NCBI GenBank assembly: GCA_002633005.1
Contig: NMRA01000040.1
Span: 927,805 to 991,804 of the forward strand
DNA length: 64,000 nucleotides
DNA from: Phoronis australis
Taxonomy: Eukaryota; Animalia; Phoronida
Direction: 5' to 3'
Shown: piece after piece, positions 1-12,586 of the stretch
Position numbering within the stretch: position 1 is the stretch's first letter
Layout of the letters: each line of letters starts with the position of its first letter
Made by a program: the position numbers and the translations under genes
Notes under the pieces: generated by a model
Told to the model about the DNA's origin: nothing
What the model saw: the letters and a program-made list of their open reading frames with translations, nothing else
Databases searched by the model: none

Positions 1-176
1 TTGAAGTCCGACGTCAGTGTAGCTCCGTTCGGGTAAAATCGGTCCTCCATGCAGTAAGTAACAACTCCCGACTTTTCAAAAATGCCGATTTTAACCGCCC
101 ATGCTCAGGTTACCGCCCACCCCGTTTTTTAGATTCTCAATTTAAGCGCCTTGGCCGGTAACGCAGACGAGTACGG
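1..176 (-). mobile_element. End of a non-autonomous Tc1/mariner-pogo (Tc2-like, TA|CCGTA terminus) element, same family as 23372-24724
   Basis: Reverse complement aligns by eye to 23372-23545. It ends ...gcagacgagtacgg followed by TA (177-178). Confidence 0.7.
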
Positions 177-239
177 TAGACCACTTAGCATTATTATTAC
201 TGTTTTGCTATCTTGAGAAGAACTGACAGTTTGTTATTG

Positions 240-2937
240 TTGTCAGGTTTGTTATGAAATTTTTTGGAATTTTTTGGGGAAGGAGGAAACTATACATTTT
301 TGGAAACCTCATGGAATGACGAATCAGGAAATTATTGATTCCATTTTTTTTGGCAGCCACCCTGGATTTTCAAAAATGGCGCCGGTAAAATGGATTTTGC
401 CCAATATCTCTGCTTTTGGTTCACTTAGAATGTTGGTTTTTATGGCTACACCTTCATTTCTCAGGTAAAGGAATTGGAAATTTCAGTTTTTTGGACGCCA
501 TCTTGGATTTTTAAAAATGGTGTCCGGAAGATACATTTTCCTCAGTATCGTTGCCCTTGGGTCACTTAGAATGTCAGTTTTAATGGCTGCACCCACATTT
601 TTGTGGTCAAGAAATCTGAAAATGCAACTTATTAAATGAGAAACATACTTTAGTCAAAGCCCCATTTAATAGCAGCCACATTTTCTAAATGCATTCTTCA
701 TGTAATCCGACACGTGATCACTATGATCGTACTTTCTTGCATATTTTGTTCGGAGCTTGTTTCCTTCAAGACACTTAAAACTAAACCAGAACCTAAACAA
801 CTTATTTACATTTGAAGAACATGAATGTATGTTTTCGTAGTGTCAATAGTCTTTCAAAACTTAGGAATCAGTCTATAGATCATTACTATAGCCATCACTG
901 TCACCAGGAATCACATTATCAGCACCATTCTGACATTCTGCACAATACTGATATAGATCTGTGTAAGATAGGTCCTTTGATCGGCAAGAGCATCTTTGGG
1001 AAGAGGAATTGTGTTTGCACTCGCATCTAACCATCTCAATGATAGCCTCTGGCACCGGAAGCTCCTCAGTTGTGAGGGTTTTAGCTGGTCATCTTTGTCC
1101 TTGTAAATTCATTCTGCAATGGGTCAAGGAACTCCTGTCAAACAATGACTGCCTGGCCCCACACTCTGGCTTGAATAAACACCCTCAGCACATGTTGATT
1201 CAAAGTACCAAATGGTTGGTGGATGTTTGTCGCTGTCAGCCATATGTTTACAGAACAGGTACCATCTCAGCTCTGGGATGCTATTTGTGTCTATACCCTG
1301 TGTTGAGTATGCACATGTAAAAGGGGCTAATGTGAAAAGAGGTTCACCTGTTACTTCATAAGCAGTACAAAAAGTCTGCTGTGCATTGATATCATCGGTG
1401 TTTGCCTTCAAATATATATTCAACCTACAGAATGAACCAGTGTTGTCTGTCCATGTAAAAGCATGGAAACCAAGAAGAGCCTTTGCCAGACAGCACCTAA
1501 TATTGTCCATATTGGATTCACGTTTACAATCCCAGATGCCATTGGGGCTGAAGTATTTCTGAGAAGCCTGTCATAATAGGCAGTGACGTGTACCAGCTAA
1601 TCTGTCAGGTGAAAAAAAAACATCAGCTGACAGTCAGGGACCTTTTGGTGTGATGCCAGAACTGCATGATGTACAGTGTATTAGCAATACATCTGCTTTT
1701 TCGTGATCGTTTTCTTCTAAGCGTAGATCACGTCGGTTGCTCTTAGTGCATCCTGGAGCTGAAGTAATGGCTATCTTGGCAGAGTCTTTATTATATTCAA
1801 GTGTCTTTGCAGACAAATATTCAGTAATTTGAGCCTTTTTGGTCATTGGAGAGGAAACAGCTCAGTGGAATGTTCTTTATGTAAGTCTCATCTGTACTTG
1901 ACCCTATCTCTGCCTCCTTTTTTCTCTTGTGGCTTTTTTCAAAGAGTAGTCTTTGTTTGTGTCAAAAACCAGAATGATATCGTCATAACGTCTAGTTAAG
2001 AAAATCACTTTCATACTATCCACACGTGCAGTTTTGTGGCTTGGGTGAACACACTTTTTGGATGTTGTTTACATGTTTTCTGGGTCTAAAACTTCTCTTG
2101 CAGCTTGAGGATTGTCCTGTTCTAAGACGTCTGCTTCGAAAAGTTTCTGCAGAAGGTGGATTTGATTCGATTTTGGTATTAGGGTGAATTCATAGTGGCT
2201 GATAGCAGGTTTCTGGTTGATTTGCCCAGCAGGCTACAACTCCTGTTGTTCTCGTCATTGATCCTCAGCCTGGTTATTGCCGAGCTTATCTGCCATCCGA
2301 CTGTCAAAGGCAAAATGCATTTCCGCTGAGTAGAGGAGAACTGGATTCTAAAGTGAACAGTGAAAGTAATAATGAAATCTTCAAAAGATATGTCGCAAAT
2401 GTCTTTTCAAAAAGAAATAGGTATACACTGTAAATATAGATTAATCTGCGTTTCTGTGATTCCTTTAAATATTTTGGGGGTTCGTATCTGCTATTAAAAT
2501 CATTTAGATTATATGCATCATTTTAGAAATAGCGTTTTCAATTCCTTACCCCACAAAATGTGGGTGCAGCCATTAAAACTAACATTCTGAGTAATCCAAG
2601 AGCAGAAATACTGAGCAAAATGTATTTTACACGAGCCATTTTTGAAATTTCAAGATGGCCACCAGGTTGGCCACCAATAAAATTAAAATTTCCAATTCAT
2701 TGACCTCAGAACTGTAGGTGTAGCCATGAAAACTAACATTCTCAGTGACCCAAGGGCGGATATATTTGGAAAAATCCATTTTACCGGCGCCATTTTTGAA
2801 AATCTAAGATGGCCACCGAAAAAATGGAATCAATTATTTTCTGATTCGTCATTCGATGAGGTTTCCAAAAATGTAGTTTCCACTTTCCCCAAAAAATTCC
2901 AATGAATGTCAAAATTTGGACATAGTGAACCTGACTA
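240..2937 (-). mobile_element. Internally deleted, decayed Academ (AcademX-type) DNA transposon
   Basis: Long imperfect TIRs (~240-620 vs ~2530-2937), termini T(t)GTCAGG...CCTGACTA, 3-bp TSD TTG (237-239 / 2938-2940). Minus-strand fragments HEKADVLLIH, LLGFHAFTWTDNTGSF, ELRWYLF, HPPT and C-terminal Cys cluster CECK..QRCSCRSK..CAECQN match the XPG-like nuclease plus Cys finger of Academ proteins. Confidence 0.8.
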
Positions 2938-3107
2938 TTGCTTCAAACCAGCTTATGATTGTCGCTGCAATTCAAAGTGCTTCATTGCAAACATTTTCCT
3001 TTCAAAGTGAGGATAACGCTTTGACGTTATGCTAGTGAACAAAATATTTTTGAAACCAGAACATGATTTGTAGTGGCTCTAAGTTGTACTTTTTGTGGCC
3101 ATTTTAG

Positions 3108-3191
3108 GAGGATATCAGTAACGAACTGCTGAATGATATGGAGACTGTGTTGAACACCGACAAGATGGAGAATGTACTCACATGGCTGTAA
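3108..3191 (+). CDS. YAP1: Last coding exon of a YAP/Yorkie (Hippo pathway co-activator) homolog; earlier exons lie upstream of the window
   Basis: Acceptor ttttag| then EDISNELLNDMETVLNTDKMENVLTWL*, closely resembling the vertebrate YAP1 C-terminus (..DILNDMESVL..ESFLTWL) including the PDZ-binding LTWL. Not in the ORF track. Confidence 0.88.
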   Translation, partial: EDISNELLNDMETVLNTDKMENVLTWL

Positions 3192-5260
3192 CCCTCACAA
3201 CGTCCACCAGGAGTTGCTAGGTTGCCTATTGAGTTGAACGGGATGCAACTAGTTTCTCCACTGTATTCAATGTTTTTAGCAGCCTTGTGTAAGACTCGCT
3301 GGCTTGTTTGTTCTCGTACACGTAGCATGGATTTCGATGCAGCACTTCTTTACGGAGTGGTTTATTATGTAGAACACGTTATTCACCTGTACATGTATCA
3401 GCATCTGATCTGATGTCAAAATGTGATTGTTTCTCTTGGCTCCGTTTGGGATTTTTTCAGATAATTCTCCGTGTTTGAATTACACATGCAACTGTAACCT
3501 GAAATTTATACATGCACTGTGTTTTGTGTTTACTGTAAATTCCTGGTGGCTTCTTCTTGTTAGGCACAAGAGCGACAGGTGTGATGTTTACCCTTATAGT
3601 GACACTTATTTGAATGCAACTCAATTGTATTCAGCAGTTGGTTACATACATCCATTTACTTCCTAAAGTCGAATGTAATTGAGAAAATTGCTTACATGTT
3701 GGCTTTTCTAAAACCATTCAGATGTTGATTTCCTGAAGATGTTTGTATGAGAATAAAAAAATTCAAACTCTTTTTCAATATGCCTTGGAATTTGATGAAT
3801 TGGTTGATTTGGGTATTGTATTGATACCATTTGTAAATGTTTCCTTGTGTATGTTAAGAAAAATGTCAGCCAGATGTTATTGTAGGTTGTTATAAAGTAT
3901 TAAGTGTGGAAAAGATAAAATCATATCATTATTAGCAGTTGGTGCTGGTGGGGAGGTTATGTTGCCCTCCTCTTTATTGGTGAGCAGTAGTAGTGCCTTG
4001 GTGTAGTCATGATAGGTCCCAATTGGATATTATCTATACTTAAATAGAGCACTAAGAAGCTTAGTTTTTAACCATAAAAGAGTACTCCATTGTTGCATAA
4101 GTCTCTAAACTGTTTTAGTAAAATTCTATGGTACATTGTATATTGCATTGTATTTTTGTATGCAGGTTGATTGTAATGAAACATTTACACATATATTAAT
4201 TTGTCTGAAGTGTATTTGAAACATTTTTAAAACTTACTATTGTGTTGTGCATGAGTAGTTAACTAGTGGTTGTTTTGTAGTCATAGTTAAGTGAATGGCA
4301 GATGGAGCAATATATTTTCACGTTTCGTACTTTGTGTGGCGGCACTGCTTGAGGTCAGAAATAGGCAATATTGACATTCTGAATTCAGGAATGGTGATCA
4401 AGAACAATCGATCATTAATCTTTGTGTTACACACTATGGTAATGCCTGAAAACATGTTGGTTGCTATGGTCGATAATGTTATGAACTGCCAAGTCTATTT
4501 TCAGACTATTGACACCCAACGAATTTTGTCCTATATTTGACAAATGTGATGAGTTTCAAAATTGCCTTTTCCCAAAGTTCAGAATAAAGAAAAATCTATT
4601 ACGGTTTTCATTTCAGGGTCCCAAATTTTCGAGACTGTTCCAAACTGGAGAAATTTTATGTTGTCAAATATGGACCAAAATGTTTCTGCATCCTTTTGAA
4701 CAAAACGGCTCAATTCTCTGTCATTCAGGTTTTTTTGTTAAAGTTAATGACGTGTTGGAAACTACCTGTTTGTTTAACCATTCTGTGTGGAAATTAAGTA
4801 TTAATATACTGTGTGCTTCTAAAATACAATAAGTATACAAGAATAGCATCACCAGTTTGGAATAGTATTCACCAGAAACTGATTTCTTTGCAAACTATTT
4901 TCCATCTTTTCTTTTGTAGCTGTACTGCAATTTTCTATATTTACAATTTCGCTTGCTGACAACAAATAGTTGTACTCTGAATCTTGTGCATATTACCCTC
5001 GTTCTATTTGTTGTTTCTCCAAGTATGTTTATTGCAGTACTTTGTACTTTGACCAGCGGCATTTTTATTGCTGTAGTGTACAAAAACTTTAATGGCTTGA
5101 CTTGTCATTACTGTATTGTGATAGTGATTTAGCTTGCTTTGTAAAATCTGAACAATTAAAGCAGTTATAAACAGTTAATGTGGTTTAGACCTCTTATCAG
5201 TATGAAATTGGTCTCAAATTGTTCCTTAGACACTTTTGGACTGGGAAAGAGCTACAGGTG
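3192..5260 (+). other. Probable long AT-rich 3' UTR of the YAP homolog (3' end not determinable)
   Basis: Follows the stop codon, U-rich, no recognisable TE for ~2 kb, candidate poly(A) hexamers near 3752, 4583 (AATAAA) and 5155 (ATTAAA). Confidence 0.5.
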
Positions 5261-5337
5261 AAACCAGGTTCTACAAGTTGACTTGTCATGGCCTATCACT
5301 TTATTTGCCCAGCATGGTCTTTACGAATAACAAACTN

Positions 5338-5623
5338 ATAGCTTATGCATAGGAGTTTCTAGTTCAAGTTTGGCCTTGAAAACCCTTATATTCGTGCAAC
5401 AAACTCGAGTAAAAACTCGAAATTTCGAGTTCAAACTCGAACTTATTGCTTTAATATTGGGTTTACAAATTGTGAACTAAGGGCAATAAATTATCTACGT
5501 AAGTTATTGTGTACTCGAGCATAGAATAATAGACACTTATCTTGAGTTCGCCCAAAAGTAGAGTAGAAAATGCCAAACCTAATTTCGAGTTCCATTTCGA
5601 GTAAAAAGATTGGAGACTGGGCC
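5338..5623. mobile_element. PIF/Harbinger-type MITE, one end only (cut by assembly join)
   Basis: Near-identical to 28395-28679. Terminus ...GATTGGAGACTGGGCC followed by CTG; empty site aaacCAGgtt at 5261-5270. Confidence 0.7.
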
Positions 5624-7199
5624 CTGGTTCTACAAGTTGACTTGTCATGGCCTATCACTTTATTTGCCCAGCATGGTCTTTACCAATAACAAACTCTCAA
5701 TTCTTTGCAAGACTAAAATCATTTCTCATTTGAGCAAGGATCAAGTTGTGACAAGTTTTATAGCAGTAAGTGGTCTAAATCCAATTTATGTTTTTCTGAC
5801 ACAACCTGGGTTTGTTGCTGCGTTAAGCACCTCTGTGGTTGTCATACATACACTGTTCAGAGGTAGCTTGTTGTCCTTATTTATGCTGAATTCTTGTCAA
5901 CTCCGACTGTTGAATTCGAATGATTCAACACAAACCTTTTCAGTGGGGGGTCTTGGTTAAGGGTTTTTGTGGGTGACTTGCATGTTTTGGGAGGGTCAAA
6001 GGTTAGTAAACCAAGGGAAGCACCTATGCAAGAGTTCCTGTGTTAAATGTTTTTACACTAAGTGAATACTTGACTTTAAGTTACTTGTGTGATTGTGGTT
6101 TTGATTTTAATCATTTTATGCAAACAGTGTTAGTTTATCAAATGGTATAGAAAACGTCATTCATTAAAAGAATGATATCTTATCTTTAGTAATCACATTT
6201 TTAGGGTTTTATCATGTGCCAGATTGTTTTCCGGCCATTCAAGATGCCCTGGAAACAACAACAGTTTTTGTTGAATACTTGTGGTACTAATGATTAAGAT
6301 TAGAGTCTTCGCTCCATAATTATTACATCCGTCCTTGTTCGTAGTATCGTTGATGCGCAATTTAAATTGTTTTTCCAAAGTCGAACACAAACATGTGAAT
6401 TCTGCTTTCGTTTTGGATTCTTCAGAAAAGAAAAACATCTCACCAGGGCCGAGGAACGCTTTGTAAATAAATTTGCAACAAGGAATATCCGTATCGACAA
6501 GCATGCCTGCAATAGGGTTGAAGGTTAAGTATTCTTTGGTCTTGCAGCCTTCTAAATTCTTCTGTTTCCACTTGAACAGTACATCGCCCAGGAGATGGAT
6601 GACCAGAAACTTTTCAATGTTGTGTCATTGACAATGTTTCGTCGTAACGAGCGCATAGGTTTAGGGAATGTGGTTAGCGCGTTTTATGGTAACGGGTACA
6701 TTTTTCATCTTGGGCATTTCGCTGAGGCCAGGTACTTCGGCAAAGGTCCACTGCAGTGGGTAGTGGTGTAAAATCAGGAAGGCTCAAGGCGTTGATGGTA
6801 TCGAAATCTGAGGCCACTACGATGGTTATTTAGGAGCTCTATCTAAAGTCATTTCAAAGGGTCTGTTTTCCTTGTTTTTTTTTCTATTGTATTTTTCACA
6901 GTTGCCAGATACTTCGTTGGGACCTGTTATATGGTTATTCTTAAACGCGGGCACCTCGCCCAGTGGCGTTGTAGAGCTTAGTTATATTCATTTGATCATG
7001 TGCACTTGTAGAATAACAGGTCTTGTTAGTTTATATTGTAAATAGTCATCAGTTAGATTTTGTACACCTGTTATATCAATTTGCCCTTTTGAAGAATAAA
7101 CTAAAATAAAAATATCAAAACTTGGTTGTCTTTTAATTAATACTGGCTGCTGGCTATCGAGGAATGACACGGGTTGGCTTTCCTCTAAAGGACAGGGAT

Positions 7200-10100
7200 C
7201 GCTTCTCGACTTGTTCTACGCTTCACCGTATAGGACTGAACGCTGACCAGCCTGTTCAGAAAGAGCTGTATCCAACATGTATAAGGGAATGCATGACAAG
7301 TCTGTTTTGACTTTCCTGTGGAACATCAGCTCAAACGGGGAAGGGATGCTCTGGCTGATCGGGGTATCTCGTGTTATCAAAAGAATATCGTCTATTGCCA
7401 AGTCATCATTCTTTGACTTCTCCATGAGTAATTTTATCTTTCCCAACGTTCTCTTGCATCTACCATTCTGCCACTGGGAGTGGGGTGTAGCAGGCGTGTG
7501 GGTTATGTTGTACTGCATACACATTTCCTGGAACACTTCACTCATATACTGCGTGCCTTGGTCACTAGCAATCTGTGTTGGATACCCGAACTCGTTGCAT
7601 GTCTCTTTTACGTGCTTCACGATGCTGGCTGCATCTAGAGTTTTCAAGTGCCTTATCCAAGGAAAACGTGTGATAGTCGACAATGCACGAATAATGTCTT
7701 CTGCTTGTGATGGAAACCATCCAGACCTACGATCTGCATGGGCATATGGTAGTCGTAACGGGGATGACTGTATTGGCTTTTTGGTTTGGTTGATTTTCTA
7801 GACATTCTGGGCAAGTAAGAATCATTTGCTTGATCTCTTCCGTCATACCAGGCCAGAAGAACTTTTCTCGGGCTCTCTCAATGGTTTTTTGCACTCCTTG
7901 GTGTGCTCGATGAAGTCTCTTCAAGAGGTATCCTCTCATAATTTGGGGAATAACTATCCTGCATCCTCGGATTAAAACCCCATTCAGACATGCTAAATCA
8001 TGTCTGTAATTCCAGTAAGCCATGGTTTGGTCTGGCATTTGGTTCTTATGCTCGGGTCACTCTTTTTTAATAAATGCCAACAATGCCATCAAAACTGGGT
8101 CTTTGGAAGTTTCAGCTCATATCGTTTGAATGTCTGATCCAGTCGTAGACGGTTCACCTCAAGAATTCCAAAAGAGGTGATATCTGGTAAAACTGGCACT
8201 TGCTTGGGTCTAAGCGGAACACACCTTGACAAACAATCTGGGACATGCATCTCACTTCCTTTCTGATAAACAACTTCTATCTCATAGCCTTGCAACATTC
8301 GGGCCATACGTTGCAGACGTGGGGGTATGCCGCGTCAGTGAATATCTTTCTTGAAGATAGCTTGTAACGGCTAGTGGTCTGTGTGGACTGTAAATTTTTG
8401 TCCCTAGACATACTGCTTGTAATGCAAGACTGTCCGTACAACGCCCTATATTTGAATACCTGGTTTCCGCATCTGCCAGACTTCTTGATGCAAAATTAAT
8501 TGACCTGCCCTCTTGAGTCAAACAAGCTTCCAATCTCTTTAGTGAGGCATCGCATTCAATTGTTATCTCTTTAGCTGGATCAAAATACCGGAGGGTCTTC
8601 GCTTTAAGGACACATTCTTTCAAGCTATTCAGCGTCTGTATGTGTTGATCGGTCCAAGTGAAATTGTTGTCTTTTTTCAACAGTCGTCTTAGCTCATAAG
8701 TCTTAGCAGACAAGTTAGGGATAAATTTGCGAAGGCACGTAAAGCAGCCCAGTAAGGACTGTAATTCAAGGTTAACTGTTGTCAGGAGGTGCTATTTTCT
8801 CAATAGCATCCAACTTTTTAACGCCTTCTGGTGTAAGTACGTGGACAAAGTAACGAATCTCTGCCGGAAGTATCTTTGCTTTCTTCGGACTCAATCGGAA
8901 TCCTGACTCTCTGCAGCGCTGAATGACGTGATTCAGGGCAATATCATGATCACGTCTCGTCTGTGCTGCAATCAAGATATCATCTGCAATGCAGTAAACA
9001 TTCTCCAAGTCTCCAAATCTGTCGTCAACTGCACGTTGGAAGACATCTTGTGAGCTATTAAGCCCAAAGGGCAATCGCTGATACCTGTATCTGCCAAAGT
9101 GACTGTTAAATGTAAGCAAGGGAATATTCTGTGGATGCATCTCAATATTTCAGTATCCACATGACTGATCTAGTACCGAGAAATACCCACACCCATTTAG
9201 CTGCGTTGTTACTTCCTCCAAGGTAGGAGTGTAATGGTGGGATCTTTCCACATCCCTGTTTAACGGTTTAGGATCAAGACACACCCTTAGCTGGCCGTTC
9301 GGTTTTGGGGTACACACTAGGCTGTTTACCCAGGGCGTGGCTTCCTGCTGCTTCTTGATAATTCCAAGCTCATCCATGCGGTTGAGTTCCATCAGAAGTT
9401 GTTTTTGACAGCAGGTGGCACTCTTCTTGGAGGGCATACCACTGGTGGAACAGTATCATCTGAATTTTATACTTATAGTCCTTCAGTTTCCCAACTACTG
9501 TAAAAATATCCTTGGCGTCTTCAATAATCTGCTTTGTGGAGATAACTCTGATCTGCCCATCTCGTTTGACACAATTCTCTTTTCCTGACTTGACTTCACT
9601 TATGCCGAAGTCACCGTGACAGTCTTTGTAAGTACAGGCTCATTGCAAAGTATTTTCACTATGTTCATTGCTTTGCAGAACGTCCACGAGAATAGATTGT
9701 TTCCAAAATCTGAGACAAAAAAGGGTACCCTATGTCTACCTACGTTCTTGTGGAAAACACGACCAATCCAAAACTTGCCATGATTGGTGAAACTTTTACC
9801 AGTCAGTTTGACAGCGGATTTCCGGAGTTTCTTGACTGCATCGGCCCCGCCGCTTCTTATATGTGGCAATATTCAGGAGATTAACTTGGGCCCCAGTATC
9901 AATTTTGCCCTTCAGCCTAACTTGCCTCCCTGATGTCTCGATCCTAACAACAGCAAATTGGGTATCTGGCCCAAGGTCATCATCGAAATGGATTTCACCT
10001 GCCTGGGTCTCCATTCTCAACTGACGCACAGTCATACTCGTCGTAAAACAAATTTTCCTCTCCAGAAGATTGATAACTGGCTCCAGCTTCGTGCAGTTGT

Positions 10101-11124
10101 TTCACACGTTTTCTTCTCTTTTCGGTTTCCCGCTTCTCAGGTTTAGTGTTGAGCTGACAGCACCGCTCAAAATGGTCCATCTGTTTGCAGCGGTTGCATT
10201 TTTTCCCGAACGCTGGACATCGCTTTGATGGGTGCATATATCCACAAATCTGTCGTGTGCGAGTTTGTCGAAGTTTATCAGCATTATTTGCGGTATCGGA
10301 ACTCTGCGTGATCTCCTGCCTCACTTTATCAACTTCTCGCTTGTGCCGTTGTGCTAATCGATACGTCGCCCTTGCCGTGTCCAATACTTGAGTACTTGTC
10401 GCAGTCTTTAGAAGGGCATAAACTTTTTCCAAAATATTAACATCTTTGAATCCATATTTAAGGGCTTCAGTCTCCATGATGCTTGAAATGTCATTTGGAT
10501 ATTCACTTGCTTATCCGATCATAAAATTGATCAACACTAGAGTCTCATCGGCTTGCTGCTTGACAATTAACTTTAATTTCGTCCGTGATGCATTCCACGA
10601 TCCTTCTGTGCCTTCCTTCTTGGCACAAATGCCATCGAAAAAGGTCCACAGGTGGTTTATCATTTCGTTTTCATTACCATCAAAGGGGTGGTTTGCATGT
10701 TTCACACATGCTTCTGGACCCATCCACATTAATACCTTATCGAATTGGTATCATAGTTTTCTTCAAGTCCATCGTAACAATTTATAATTTCCTGTGTCCG
10801 TGCTTTAAACCGAATGTATTTGTCATACTAGAAAATTCAAGTTGTTTCGGCATTTCTACACCGTGTAAACGAGCCTTTCCTGTGGCTTCTATTTCGTCTC
10901 CCGAGGTCATTTTGTCTGTTTACTGCTTACCGTTGAATTTACAACTATCTTTCAGTTTAAAAAAACTTGCTGCTGATCGAGGTCACCATGTAGAATTAAG
11001 ATAAAAGGCATATTAATAAATATATTCCACTAATATTCAACTACAAACATAACATTCCAAATCAGAGAGCGTTCTGTTAGAACGCGTCATAATGAACGTG
11101 ATGTTAAATATCGGGTATGCGACA
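7200..11124 (-). mobile_element. Degenerate Ty3/Gypsy LTR retrotransposon (gag-PR-RT-RH-INT), frameshifted
   Basis: Zinc knuckles CGYMH..CPAFGKKCNRCKQMDHF, protease KIDTGAQVN, RT LPFGL / CIADDIL, RNase H ECDAS, integrase HRAHQG..CPEC and IASDQGTQY, in Gypsy order. 5' LTR edge at 10989 with PBS TGGTGACCTCGA (tRNA-Trp-like) at 10988-10977. Outer LTR edge is approximate. Confidence 0.92.
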
Positions 11125-11777
11125 CCCCCTGAGACACACCAGTGCAAGTTGCCAGTGCTACTTCAGCGCCCTCTCTTGAACGCTTTTATTAAGTTTGTTA
11201 TTATCCGTGCACAAGTTGGAGTTGGTAAGTGCTTCACCGGTTTTTGTCTAAATAAAAGCAATTTTGAATGAATCCGCCTCGTTTACGTCAGTACTTGGCG
11301 GTGTCGTTTTTAAGATACCAATGTATCTAGATCCATTTTCGCGTTGTGGCCCTGGCGTTTTTGGTTAGCGATTTACAGCTTGTTATTCAGTGATGTTGAC
11401 ACAGTTGCACAGTGACACGTCCTAACTTATCCAAGCCAAAGGCCAAGGGTACTTGGCAACACATACAGTTAATTTTGCTAAGTATCGCTCCTCCGAGCGC
11501 TTTTATTTGGAAGTCAACCAACACTTACCTTGTCCCTTATAGTCATTAAAATGAGAAATAAAGGTCATTTTGTTGCGTCATTCCCCAGGTTTTGTAATGA
11601 AAAAAACTGCCATGAAAACAGTACACTCATGATAGTGTGAGCAAACCAATATGGTGGAAATTCAGCAAGAGCGAAATTTTGCCATTTTTCATGATTTTCA
11701 CAGGGTCATATCTGTTAGGATACTAAATGACATGAAATAAAGTGTGCCAGCAAAATATTTGAACTTTACCCTTTCTA

Positions 11778-12586
11778 CCGTCAGAGGTCCTAAAGTCGTG
11801 AGTGCCCTAAAGTCGTGAACGATCTTATTTCCTCTTCTGCGCGGTCCTGCGACATCTGGCGTTGAAGTTTCCAGCGTTCGTCTGCTTACGAACGTCAAAC
11901 GAATACACGGACGTGTTAGTATTCACAATATGATAACAAACAGTGAGTGAGTGGCTTCTTTTTTCAATTGTATCTTAAAAACAGCATATTTCACTAATTC
12001 ATTTTTTGTGAATTTTTGGGATATATTTTCAAAAATATTCATCGTTCAGATTTACTCATACACGCGCTCCAGGGGTAGCTTGAACAACGTATCAAAATGT
12101 CTCAGGGTCGATCAAGTTTTGTAATGCCAAAGCAATAAAATACAGAGAGATAATTGATGCTGGGTTCTTAGCGTTTTACGTGAATAACCTCATTGAAAAC
12201 ATCTGTGCACATCAAGGTTGAGTGCACCAGATATAACAATTTATTTCAATTGAAACTGAATTATAATAAACAAAGCAATGCATTTTTATGTCGTCTAGAG
12301 TAACTGTAAGCGCTCTACTTGACTTGAGTGGTCTTACTTCGTGCATTTCCGTCTAAACGAAACAGTCACGACTTTAGGGCCTCATTCAAAATGGCCGGCG
12401 ATATCAGCGACCTTTTCAAAACTCTTCTTACGGAGACAAACAAGGATTAAGATTGTCAAAACACGTGTATTTGTGAAGGCTGATATATGTCCGTTACATC
12501 ACATGCGCAGTTGCTAATGGACATTGGGTAGTATGACAATCAGCTGCTTATTATGATTATATTCATGACTTTAGGTCACCGGTGTG
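11778..12586. mobile_element. Non-autonomous TA-flanked DNA transposon (Tc1/mariner-pogo type)
   Basis: Left end TA|CCGTCAGAGGTCCTAAAGTCGTGA with a repeated CCTAAAGTCGTGA; inverted copies TCACGACTTTAGG (~12365) and TCATGACTTTAGG (~12563); TA at 12587. Confidence 0.55.

Noticed and set aside
6193-6512. 103-aa and 70-aa minus-strand ORFs
   Set aside because: No recognisable motif or splice context; probably chance ORFs or TE debris.
7007-7090. Candidate 3' LTR of the Gypsy element (TGTAGAAT start, purine tract nearby)
   Set aside because: Only the first 8 nt match the 5' LTR and no TSD is found.
11170-11230. Possible GFUS non-coding first exon ending at G|GTAAGT (11224)
   Set aside because: A lone donor match; other candidates exist (e.g. 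~16748) and transcript data are needed.
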